Shown: positions 20,087 to 28,652 of the stretch, one piece after another
Numbering within the stretch: the first letter of the stretch is position 1
How the letters are laid out: every line of letters starts with the position of its first letter
Source of the DNA: an uncultured Candidatus Saccharibacteria bacterium
Lineage (GTDB): Bacteria > Patescibacteriota > Minisyncoccia > Phycocordibacterales > CSBR16-119
Direction of reading: 5' to 3'
NCBI GenBank assembly: GCA_964531475.1
Contig: CAZHCS010000002.1
Location: 4,548 to 68,547 of the forward strand
DNA length: 64,000 bases
Notes under the pieces: model-generated
What the model was told of the DNA's origin: nothing
Databases searched by the model: none
Seen by the model: the letters and a program-made list of their open reading frames with translations, nothing else
Translations under genes and position numbers: made by a program

Positions 20087-21919
20087 TTAGTCAAGAGAGA
20101 CGTAGTCGGTCTTGAATTCGTCGAGGTCGCTCGTGTAGCTGTTAAAGCTCGTCGTGCTACCAGTAGTGTTCCACTTGATAGACGTTAGAGCTGCGCGGAA
20201 CAAGTCATCAGTGTCAGAAGGACTCCTGAGGATTGTCATAGTGAAGGTTTCTGATTCACCCTCGTCAACCATGTAGAGACCACCCGTGAGAGTAGAGTCT
20301 GTATTGTTTGCAAGGACACCAGAGACATCAGTTACCGTAGTTGTTCCAGAGTAGTCAACTGCGAACGTGTTGTTTGCAGAGCCAGCTGTAGAGGCAACAG
20401 AGGAAACGTAGACATCATCACCGATAGCTGCAACCTTGAACTTGATAGTGAACGTTGCTGTATCACCATTGTTCGTGTCGCTAGCAGACTTAGTAGCGTC
20501 AACGCTTACGAGGTCCAAAGAGATACCGTTCTCACGGAATTCCTGGGCTTCGCCGCCGACAGTACCAGACTTCTCGTTAGCAGCAAGCTGATCGCCTTCT
20601 TCATTTTCGATGTCCATAGCACCGCGGTTTGTCGAAGTGACAGAGGCAGTGATAGTGGAACCAGCTGTGAAGTCATCAGCGTCAGCGATTTCAGCTACGA
20701 CTTCGAAGTCAACAGTGTCACCAGCTCCTAGATCAAATTCGAGGTTGTCGAAAGTGATAGAAGCAGTAGCACCAGCTGCGATCGAAGGAACCGATTCGGT
20801 GTATTCTTCACCGTCGATTACGAGTCGGATCGTAGAGACCATCGACTGGAAGGTCGAAGTGACTGGAGCAAACGTTACTGGGAATTCATCCAAAGTAGCG
20901 TCAGAATCTCCTTCGAGCTCGAGTTCGCCCTTCAAGAGGACAACATCATCAGTTGTACCTGCATCAGAGATAACTACGATACCAGCCTCTGGGTTGTCTT
21001 CATGAGTCGAAAGCTTGAGCTCAGTGTCAGCAGCATCAGAGAAGGTAACAAACGACATGCCGATACCGTCGCCAGCTGCATCCCAATCTATGTCAGTTGG
21101 GATTTCACCAGTTTCAGTAGTAACAACGCCGTCACCGTCTTCGTAGCGGACAGACTCGATAGCAACCGTCCAGGAATCAGAATCGATATCACCGGAATCA
21201 AGATTGCCAGCAGCGTCAACTGCGATCAAGAGCTTTTCAGTCTCTTCAGCGCGAACGATAGCACCATCAAGGGCGATAGTTCGAGTGTAAGTATCGTCAT
21301 CAGTCTCAGAGAAATCATCGACATCAGCAGAACCAACCTCTTCACCATCGAACCAGACAGAAACACGATCTACGTAATCATCGAGGTGGTCAGAATCCCC
21401 AGAGCTGTTACCAGACGGATCGAAGACAACCTTGACCGAGCGGAGCATGATATCACCGTCGTTCGAAGCTTCAACTTCGACACCAGCGACAACAACCTCT
21501 TCCTCACCTTCACCAACTTCTTCGTTAGTGTACTGAGAGAGAGTGTTCATGTCATCGATAGTACCGTTATCTCCTTCGAGATCACCGTTATCGTTGTTGT
21601 TATCATCGTTGCCGTTGTCATTGTTACCGCAAGAAGCAGCAGCCAATGCAGCACCCGTCATTGGGCCGACGACGCCGTCAGCAGTCAAGCCTTTCGAGGC
21701 CTGGAACGCCATGACGGAAGTCTTGGTCATAGGACCAAACTTACCATCAGCCGTTGCGCCAACGACAGACTGCATAGCCATGACCTGAGCACCAGTCGAA
21801 CCCTGCTTGAGGGTGACAGTGTGGGCGTAGCATGCAGCATCAACTGAAGCAGCAAAACCGAAAGCCAAAAGGGCAACGGCAGCGGCTACAGCGAAAGTTT
21901 TCGTTATAGATTTTGTCAT
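20087..21919 (-). CDS. Secreted surface protein: N-terminal PG_binding_1 domain, Asn/Asp/Gly linker, large acidic Thr/Asp/Ser/Gly-rich domain
   Basis: Signal peptide; LKQGSTGAQVMAMQSVVGATADGKFGPMTKTSVMAFQASKGLTADGVVGPMTGAAL matches the PG_binding_1 consensus; GNNDNGNDDNNNDNGD linker. Confidence 0.65.
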   Translation of the reverse strand: MTKSITKTFAVAAAVALLAFGFAASVDAACYAHTVTLKQGSTGAQVMAMQSVVGATADGKFGPMTKTSVMAFQASKGLTADGVVGPMTGAALAAASCGNNDNGNDDNNNDNGDLEGDNGTIDDMNTLSQYTNEEVGEGEEEVVVAGVEVEASNDGDIMLRSVKVVFDPSGNSSGDSDHLDDYVDRVSVWFDGEEVGSADVDDFSETDDDTYTRTIALDGAIVRAEETEKLLIAVDAAGNLDSGDIDSDSWTVAIESVRYEDGDGVVTTETGEIPTDIDWDAAGDGIGMSFVTFSDAADTELKLSTHEDNPEAGIVVISDAGTTDDVVLLKGELELEGDSDATLDEFPVTFAPVTSTFQSMVSTIRLVIDGEEYTESVPSIAAGATASITFDNLEFDLGAGDTVDFEVVAEIADADDFTAGSTITASVTSTNRGAMDIENEEGDQLAANEKSGTVGGEAQEFRENGISLDLVSVDATKSASDTNNGDTATFTIKFKVAAIGDDVYVSSVASTAGSANNTFAVDYSGTTTVTDVSGVLANNTDSTLTGGLYMVDEGESETFTMTILRSPSDTDDLFRAALTSIKWNTTGSTTSFNSYTSDLDEFKTDYVSLD

Positions 21920-22505
21920 TTTTTTAATAACTGCAAATTATCGTTATTAATTCTCGAGAACGTTGCAACTTTTATTGAAGCAACGGTCTCGTGCGTGTCG
22001 CGCGCTTACGCGCGCGACACGACTTACCTTTCGGTGTTAACCGAAAGTTTTGCCACGGAGATTTTAAACTCTCCGCAGCGGACAGAAGCGGCGGCAACTC
22101 GCGAACTCATCGCCTTGTAGGATAAGAACGCGAAATCACGCGCCAGGTATCTGCCTTGTCGACATGGCGGAGTACCAGTATCGTCGACAAACTAAAAACA
22201 CCAGACTCTTCGAAAAGAATCTGGACGAAATTAAGTTGTCAATGATCGTGTATTCCTGAAGGTTTCCCTTCGTGCGCAAAGACCTAAGTCTTTGCGCGAA
22301 ACAATTTTAAACCATTTCGAGCCGAAGCCGCGAGATGGTTTGTGGATAACCCCTTTGGCTTACGCCTCGGAGCTACCCGCACATCATCTCATGTTTTCGA
22401 AAAAAACTCAATGTGAGCGTAGTCGAGTGTCATGAGCGACGTGCAAATGAAGACGACCAGAAAAACCTTATATTACAATATCAATGTTTGACAAAAGCCT
22501 TTTAC

Positions 22506-23405
22506 TTATGCGTTTAGTGAGTACCTGCTCCACCTCTTTTCGCCACTCTTTTTAACCTTGCCCAAAACCACTAAAGCATTGAGATCACGAAGAACTGTCT
22601 TTTGGCTATAATCTTTGAAATACGAAACGATGTCTTTTATGGCGATATCCTTCTTTTCAGTAATCAGAGTAATGATTTTCTGCTTTCGCTCATCCATACT
22701 AGGAGCTTCAGCCGCCGTTATTTTTGTCGGCCTTTTTATAAAAGACATTGGCTTTTCATAATGTCTTTTAGAAATTGGTGTTTCTTTGGTTGGTACTGAG
22801 GCAGCGTATTCTTCCATGTCAGAATCCTCGACCCGGAAAAAATCGCTCCTTAGCACCAAGTTGGAGGCCTCTCCTTCGGCCATCTTCATATCACGAATAC
22901 CCGAAAAGCCTTCTATGCGCTGACGGTTGCGCAAATCTCCGATAAATTCTATTAGCGCATGCTTCAAAACGCTGTAGTTCATGTCCGATACAAAACCGAC
23001 AACTGTAGAAACCTCTAACAAAGACACTATCTCCCAGGACTTAGAAATTATTCTTGCTATATGAAAATGTAGGTCGCCCGTCAAAGCATATGAAAGGCTT
23101 CTAGTGTCCGATAAAACCGACAAGGCCCGCTCGCGTACCCTGTTACGCATAGGATCGGCCGTATCAATAAGATCAGTTACCATATATATGGCCGTAGTTA
23201 TCTTTTCGGCTTTCTTAGAAACGGACATGAAAACACCTTCGTGAGGGACACGCTTGATTTTATTGGACACGGAGATTTTATTCTGCTCATGTCCATTAGA
23301 TTTAATCTCCTCACTTAGCATAATCTTGTCTTTGAATGTGTCCATTATACAAGAGCCCAACTGAAAGACAAATGCGCCGAGCGCGACACCTTTTTCAAAA
23401 GACAT
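22506..23405 (-). CDS. Hypothetical protein with predicted C-terminal winged-helix DNA-binding domain
   Basis: C-terminal ...ERKQKIITLITEKKDIAIKDIVSYFKDYSQKTVLRDLNALVVLGKVKKSGEKRWSRYSL. Confidence 0.4.
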   Translation of the reverse strand: MSFEKGVALGAFVFQLGSCIMDTFKDKIMLSEEIKSNGHEQNKISVSNKIKRVPHEGVFMSVSKKAEKITTAIYMVTDLIDTADPMRNRVRERALSVLSDTRSLSYALTGDLHFHIARIISKSWEIVSLLEVSTVVGFVSDMNYSVLKHALIEFIGDLRNRQRIEGFSGIRDMKMAEGEASNLVLRSDFFRVEDSDMEEYAASVPTKETPISKRHYEKPMSFIKRPTKITAAEAPSMDERKQKIITLITEKKDIAIKDIVSYFKDYSQKTVLRDLNALVVLGKVKKSGEKRWSRYSLNA

Positions 23406-23493
23406 TGTCGAGTGTCCGGCCAGGGTGCATGGGCAATTTCTGTGAAAAAACCTTATTTTGCAAAGCTATTTTGTGATACAATAATCACCGTAT

Positions 23494-25926
23494 ATGGCTA
23501 AAAAAACTTCTCGCAAGAAAGCTGCCGCGGTTCGTTCCGCGGCTCCGATTGAGAATTCTGAAACACTGCTTGGTATGCGCGTGAGCGCTGAAACCAAGAA
23601 CAGTATATTTTCTATATTGTTCTTTGTCTTTGCACTCGTCTTTGCGCTTTCGGGCTTCCGACTTGGCGGCGTTGCCGGAAATTTTATTTATACCAACTTA
23701 TCAAACCTTTTAGGCGTCGGCTACGTACTCTTGCCTTTGGTTTTCATACTACTTGGCATATCTTCATACAAATCTGAACGACCTGCTTTTGGTGTAACAC
23801 ATATAGTATCTGGCGTACTATTTCTTTTTTCTGGACTTGGAGTCATTCATATTATAAAAGCTGGTGCCGCAGGTGCTGTCGGCAAGATTTCTTCGTGGCC
23901 ATTCGTCAAGCTCTTTGATGTATATCTGGCATTCATATTTTTATTCGCACTATTCGTCGTATCGCTCGTAATCATGTTCGACAAGAGGCCAAGCTGGAGT
24001 CGTTTCAAAGAACGATTGGCCGGATGGTTCGGCTCGCATGTAGAGCCTACAGAAGAAGAAGCCGATTCATCTTCTGAAGAAGAGCCAAACGAAGAAGAGG
24101 AAGAGCCTGCTCCCGAACCTGCTCCGACCACTGCCCCACTTCCAGAAGAGCCTGTTGCCGAAGAACCTGAACGTCAGGGCGCCGTGCCTTTTAGCGCGTC
24201 TTTCAAATCGTCCGGCGAATACAAGGCACCGCCACTTAGTCTCCTACAGAAAAATGATCAAAAGGCTGTAACGGGAGACATCAAAGCCAATTCAAATATT
24301 ATAAAACGCACACTCGAAAACTTCGGCATAGATGTCGAAATGGACGAAGTGACTGTTGGTCCGACTATTACTCGTTTTGCGTTGAAGCCAGCCCAGGGTG
24401 TGCGATTGTCACGCATAACAGCATTGTCGAACGAGCTTCGTCTCGCGCTTGCCGCATCATCGATCCGTATCCAGGCCCCTATTCCTGGAAAGTCACTCGT
24501 CGGTATCGAGGTACCAAATCAAACCAAAGCCATGGTCGACCTGCGAAGCCTTTTGGCCGGAAAAGAGTTCAAAGATTCACCAAAACCTCTGCTTGCGGCA
24601 CTTGGCAGAAGCGTCTCCGGCAAGGCAGAATACGGCAATATCGGTAAGATGCCTCACTTACTCGTTGCCGGAGCAACTGGTTCGGGTAAATCCGTGACAG
24701 TGCACACGATGATCACTTCACTCCTATATAGGAATGGGCCGGAAGACTTGCGCTTCATCATGGTCGACCCAAAACGTGTCGAGTTGACCTTATACAATGG
24801 TATCCCCCACTTGCTGACACCGGTTATTACAAACCCAAAGAAAGCTATTCTCGCGCTCAAGTGGGCTGTTTCGGAAATGGAACGCCGTTACGACATTTTG
24901 GAAAAATGTGCCGTCCGTGATATCGATTCTTATCACGCAAAATACAAAAAGGCTTCACGCGAAGATAACGGCCCCGAAGGTATGCCGTATATTCTCATAA
25001 TCATCGACGAGTTGGCCGACATCATGACGACTTACCCGCGCGAACTCGAGTCCGGTATTGTGCGTTTGGCCCAAATGTCCCGAGCTGTTGGTATCCACCT
25101 CATCCTCTCGACCCAGCGTCCTTCGGTCAACGTCATCACTGGTCTCATCAAAGCCAATGTCCCGAGCCGTATCGCACTTCAAGTATCATCCCAAATCGAC
25201 TCACGCACTATTCTCGACAATGCCGGAGCCGAAAAGCTCTTGGGAGCTGGCGACATGCTTTTTGCGTCAGGCGAAATGGCCCAGCCGCAGCGCATCCAAT
25301 GCGCATTCATTTCTGAAGACGAAGTCAAAGCCGTGACGCACTATCTAAAGACACGCTACCGTGATGAATTGCCTGATGATTTGAATCTAGGCGACGGATC
25401 GATCAGTGCTGACGCGAGCATCTTTTCATCTAGCCTCGAAGACGAAGACCGCGATGAACTTTTTGCGGAGGCAAAAAAACTCGTCATCGAAGAGAAAAAG
25501 GCGTCAACGTCGTACATTCAACGCCGTCTCAAGATCGGCTATTCGCGCGCAGCCCGCATCTTGGATGAACTCGAACAGGCCGGTGTCGTCGGTCCGGCCA
25601 ACGGGGCTAAAGCCCGCGAGATATTCGCCGATGCGGCGACAGTAGGCGCGGCGCGGCCGGCGGCTCCCTTGTCGCCTGCGCCGGCCGCGCCGCGCCCCCA
25701 CACCGTAACAATAGTTCGCGATGACGAAGAAGATGAGACTCCAACCGAAGACGATGATGTGGGCAACGACGACATGTGGCGCGACCAAGAAAATATGAGC
25801 GACGACGGCGACGGCTTCACTGCGACAGAAGATGAGACAGCTCCTGTGGTTGAAGACGAAGAGGTCGTCGCGATAGAAGATGATGAAAATAGCAGCAACG
25901 ATTATGACGAGAACGACAAATATTAA
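23494..25926 (+). CDS. ftsK: DNA translocase FtsK/SpoIIIE with an unusual approximately 120-aa acidic C-terminal tail
   Basis: N-terminal TM segments; Walker A LLVAGATGSGKS; gamma domain ASTSYIQRRLKIGYSRAARILDELEQAGVVGP; tail rich in D/E. Confidence 0.9.
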   Translation: MAKKTSRKKAAAVRSAAPIENSETLLGMRVSAETKNSIFSILFFVFALVFALSGFRLGGVAGNFIYTNLSNLLGVGYVLLPLVFILLGISSYKSERPAFGVTHIVSGVLFLFSGLGVIHIIKAGAAGAVGKISSWPFVKLFDVYLAFIFLFALFVVSLVIMFDKRPSWSRFKERLAGWFGSHVEPTEEEADSSSEEEPNEEEEEPAPEPAPTTAPLPEEPVAEEPERQGAVPFSASFKSSGEYKAPPLSLLQKNDQKAVTGDIKANSNIIKRTLENFGIDVEMDEVTVGPTITRFALKPAQGVRLSRITALSNELRLALAASSIRIQAPIPGKSLVGIEVPNQTKAMVDLRSLLAGKEFKDSPKPLLAALGRSVSGKAEYGNIGKMPHLLVAGATGSGKSVTVHTMITSLLYRNGPEDLRFIMVDPKRVELTLYNGIPHLLTPVITNPKKAILALKWAVSEMERRYDILEKCAVRDIDSYHAKYKKASREDNGPEGMPYILIIIDELADIMTTYPRELESGIVRLAQMSRAVGIHLILSTQRPSVNVITGLIKANVPSRIALQVSSQIDSRTILDNAGAEKLLGAGDMLFASGEMAQPQRIQCAFISEDEVKAVTHYLKTRYRDELPDDLNLGDGSISADASIFSSSLEDEDRDELFAEAKKLVIEEKKASTSYIQRRLKIGYSRAARILDELEQAGVVGPANGAKAREIFADAATVGAARPAAPLSPAPAAPRPHTVTIVRDDEEDETPTEDDDVGNDDMWRDQENMSDDGDGFTATEDETAPVVEDEEVVAIEDDENSSNDYDENDKY

Positions 25927-26284
25927 AACTTGGCTGCGCGCAGGACTCTTGGTCGGTCTTTTCGCCTTTATTATCGGCTATGCATTCTTTCGGACCCAAG
26001 CTGTCGCCAAAGGTGTTGCGCTAGTGATCGAAGGGCTTGCTGATGGATGGGAGACGCACGAGCAACTGATAACGCTCACTGGTACCGCAGCCCACGCAAC
26101 ACACCTATTGATCAACGGCCACGAAACTGCAGTCGACGAGGAAAACCGTTTCGTCAAGACATTGGCCCTCTCCCCCGGCTATAATATAATCACTGTAGAG
26201 GCTCGCGACCGTTTTGAACAGACGACCCGGACAGTCTACCGAGTCTTGTATCAAGAAGCGGAAGCAAAGACGAACGATTTATAA
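25904..26284 (+). CDS. Hypothetical small membrane-anchored protein overlapping the ftsK 3' end
   Basis: ORF 25880..26284; TM helix WLRAGLLVGLFAFIIGYAFF; a start at 25904 gives a 23-nt out-of-frame overlap with ftsK. Confidence 0.35.
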   Translation: MTRTTNIKTWLRAGLLVGLFAFIIGYAFFRTQAVAKGVALVIEGLADGWETHEQLITLTGTAAHATHLLINGHETAVDEENRFVKTLALSPGYNIITVEARDRFEQTTRTVYRVLYQEAEAKTNDL

Positions 26285-26301
26285 ACATTTAAAAACAACG
26301 T

Positions 26302-27408
26302 ATGGCATTAAAAAAGAAAAAGGTTGAAAAGAGCGAAAAATCCATCGAGGAACGAGACGAAGCGGCGCCAGCCGCGAGCGGTATGGCCGGAATCGAAAGC
26401 ACTCTCAAGGCCATCCAGACCAAGTTCGGCGAAGGTGCCATCATGAAGATGGGCGACACGCCAAAAGTAAGCATTGGCGCCATCTCGACTGGCTCGCTCG
26501 GTCTTGATGCCGCGCTCGGTATCGGCGGACTTCCAAAGGGTCGCATCATCGAAATATTCGGCCCTGAATCATCAGGAAAAACCACGCTCGCGCTCCACGT
26601 CGTCTCAGAAGCCCAAAAGCGCGGGGGTATCTGCGCCTATATCGACGCCGAACACGCCATGGATCCGGACTATTCGCGCAAACTCGGCGTCAACACCGAC
26701 GAACTCCTCATTTCGCAACCTGACAATGGTGAACAGGCGCTCGAGATCTGCGAATCGCTAGTACGAAGTGGCAAAATTGACGTTGTTGTCGTTGACTCAG
26801 TCGCGGCACTGACGCCGAAAGATGAAATCGAAGGTGACATGGGTTCGCACCAAGTCGGCAAACAGGCTCGTCTCATGTCGCAAGCAATGCGCAAACTTAC
26901 CGCCCTCGTGTCACGCTCAAAAACAATCATCATCTTCATCAACCAGATCCGCATGCAAATCGGCGTCATGTTCGGAAACCCCGAAACGACAACTGGCGGC
27001 AAGGCGCTCAAATTCTATTCATCGGTGCGCCTTGATATCCGCCGAATAGCGTCAATCAAAAAAGGCGAAGAGGTTGTTGGTTCGCGTACGCGCGTCAAAG
27101 TCGTGAAAAACAAGGTCGCTGCCCCGTTCAAACAGACCGAGTTCGACATAATTTACGGCGAAGGCATCTCCATAGAGGGCGAAATGCTCGCGCTTGGCGA
27201 GAAGATGGGCTTCATCAAAAAGTCTGGCGCGTCTTACAGCTACGTTCCAAATGGAGGTGACTCCTCCTCCGCCAAGGCTTCGGAGGACAAGGAAGTAAAA
27301 CTCGGCCGCGGCTACGATGCTACCCGCCAATTCCTCAAAGAAAAGGAAAACAAAAAAGTCCGCAACGATATCTTGAAAGATGTCGTGAACGGACTGAAGA
27401 CGATATAG
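26302..27408 (+). CDS. recA: Recombinase RecA
   Basis: [70 protein letters not shown]. Confidence 0.95.
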   Translation: MALKKKKVEKSEKSIEERDEAAPAASGMAGIESTLKAIQTKFGEGAIMKMGDTPKVSIGAISTGSLGLDAALGIGGLPKGRIIEIFGPESSGKTTLALHVVSEAQKRGGICAYIDAEHAMDPDYSRKLGVNTDELLISQPDNGEQALEICESLVRSGKIDVVVVDSVAALTPKDEIEGDMGSHQVGKQARLMSQAMRKLTALVSRSKTIIIFINQIRMQIGVMFGNPETTTGGKALKFYSSVRLDIRRIASIKKGEEVVGSRTRVKVVKNKVAAPFKQTEFDIIYGEGISIEGEMLALGEKMGFIKKSGASYSYVPNGGDSSSAKASEDKEVKLGRGYDATRQFLKEKENKKVRNDILKDVVNGLKTI

Positions 27409-27411
27409 AAT

Positions 27412-27444
27412 CAAAAAAGCCCCGCGTGAGCGGGGCTTTCGGTT
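27412..27444. terminator. Bidirectional terminator after recA (A-run/hairpin/T-run)
   Basis: aaaaaagccccgcg-tga-gcggggctttcgg; stronger T-run on the minus strand (TTTTTTG). Confidence 0.65.
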
Positions 27445-27725
27445 GGCTTTCTCGCCGACCGCTCCTGTTTGTAATACAGGAGTAAAATATTGTGATTCCC
27501 TTTCGGGAAATTGTACAAAGGAACTTCGGTCCTCGGCGGAGCAGCGTAAGCTGCTCCGCACGAGAACTATACTCCCAGCTCGACACCAAGATCTATGCTG
27601 GAAAATCGGACAGCGGGCTAACGGGGTTGGACCACACGGGATCCCCTTTCTTCTTTCCCTCGTTGGCATGGGAGCTTGACGATAGTCTACGCCATCCCCA
27701 GCTTGCATAATGCCTTGGCTAACCA
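27440..27725 (-). ncRNA. Candidate structured RNA A (unknown family) ending in an intrinsic terminator on the minus strand; shares a 24-nt module with candidate B
   Basis: No ORF; multiple hairpins; the exact 24-mer GTGATTCCCTTTCGGGAAATTGTA at 27493-27516 recurs at 39235-39258. Confidence 0.35.
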
Positions 27726-27793
27726 GAGTTCATTCGAGGCTCCTATCTTCAAAGAACTCCCTGAAAGCTTAGCATATATAAAATATTTGTCAA

Positions 27794-27863
27794 GCACACA
27801 CACCTACTTTTTGATGGGCTTCGCCATGCGCCTTTGGCGCAATCAAAAAGTAGGTGTGTGTGC
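27794..27863. repeat. Palindromic repeat element, copy 1 (inverted relative to copies 2 and 3)
   Basis: cacacacctactttttgat...gcgcctttggcgc...atcaaaaagtaggtgtgtg. Confidence 0.7.
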
Positions 27864-27966
27864 AGGCATTTTCTTAGCTGTTTTTCTAATCACGAAAAAA
27901 ACCTTGTTTTCAAGGCTATTTAGGCGTTTACGGCAATAACCCGCTAAGCAGCTTATTGTAGTGAGA

Positions 27967-28512
27967 TTATTTGATGAGTTCGACGAGCTTTGCGACCAGG
28001 CGCTCAGGATCATCTTCAAAGACGACGGCCATATGGCTTTTTGGATGTTCGCCGACAAGGCGCTTGATAACCTCGTCGGTTTCCCACGCACCGCGAAGGA
28101 CGCCGACAGGTTTGCCCTCTTGGAGTGCGAGTGTAAATTCATGGAGCGCGTCAAGCTTGCCGCAGCCGACAATAACTGCATCGGCCGCCCGTGTCGCAAA
28201 TATCTGCGCACCACTTCCGCCAAAACCTGTGTAAATGACAATATCGCCATGGTCTCCATCGAGTCTGTATATATCACGGTGTTCGCGCTCGTTAGCCGCC
28301 GGCGAGATATAGAGCGTTTCGCCGCGGCGCTCTTTGGCGCCAATAGCCGCAAAGAGTGGGAAGCCATGCTGCGCGCCAGTAATGAGCAAGTGCCCCGCCT
28401 TCCCCACTTCGCGACCAAGACGCTTGGCGAGCTCGAGCGCATCGAGACTCGCGCCATGCGTTTCAATGGCGCCCGTCACGGCAAATTTCAACCGACGAGA
28501 TTTCATATGCAA
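27967..28512 (-). CDS. TIGR00725/LOG-like (SLOG) Rossmann-fold nucleotide-binding protein
   Basis: KFAVTGAIETHG...LLITGAQHGFPLFAAIGAKERRGETLYISP...IVIYTGFGGSGAQIFATRAADAVIVGCGK. Confidence 0.55.
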   Translation of the reverse strand: MHMKSRRLKFAVTGAIETHGASLDALELAKRLGREVGKAGHLLITGAQHGFPLFAAIGAKERRGETLYISPAANEREHRDIYRLDGDHGDIVIYTGFGGSGAQIFATRAADAVIVGCGKLDALHEFTLALQEGKPVGVLRGAWETDEVIKRLVGEHPKSHMAVVFEDDPERLVAKLVELIK

Positions 28513-28533
28513 AGATTATAGCACAGTGGCGCA

Positions 28534-28647
28534 GCGCAGGGGCTTTCAAAAAGGCTCGCCGCAGGTCCGAGTTTACAGAGGGCCGAGGCGGAAGAAAATC
28601 CGCCCTATGGGGGCGGATTATTCTGGTCTTTTTGAAAGCCCCTGCGC
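28534..28647. repeat. 114-bp element bounded by a perfect 20-bp inverted repeat with internal alternative hairpins
   Basis: gcgcaggggctttcaaaaag ...74 nt... ctttttgaaagcccctgcgc; internal ggcgga-agaaaa-tccgcc and atccgccc-tatg-ggggcggatt share the tccgcc arm. Confidence 0.6.
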
Positions 28648-28652
28648 GTAGC

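Noticed and set aside
27440-27725. Interpretation of RNA-like regions A/B as tmRNA, RNase P RNA, SRP RNA or a T-box
   Set aside because: None of the diagnostic sequences could be found in either region: tRNA-like GGGG...CCACCA ends with T-loop, P4 AGGAAAGUCCGGGC / ACAGAACCCGGC, SRP GGAAGCAGC domain IV, and T-box AGGGUGGNACCGCG.
27676-27939. 87-aa plus-strand ORF spanning palindromic element copy 1
   Set aside because: Its hydrophobic segment is encoded by the palindrome arms. It is an artefact of the repeat rather than a gene.
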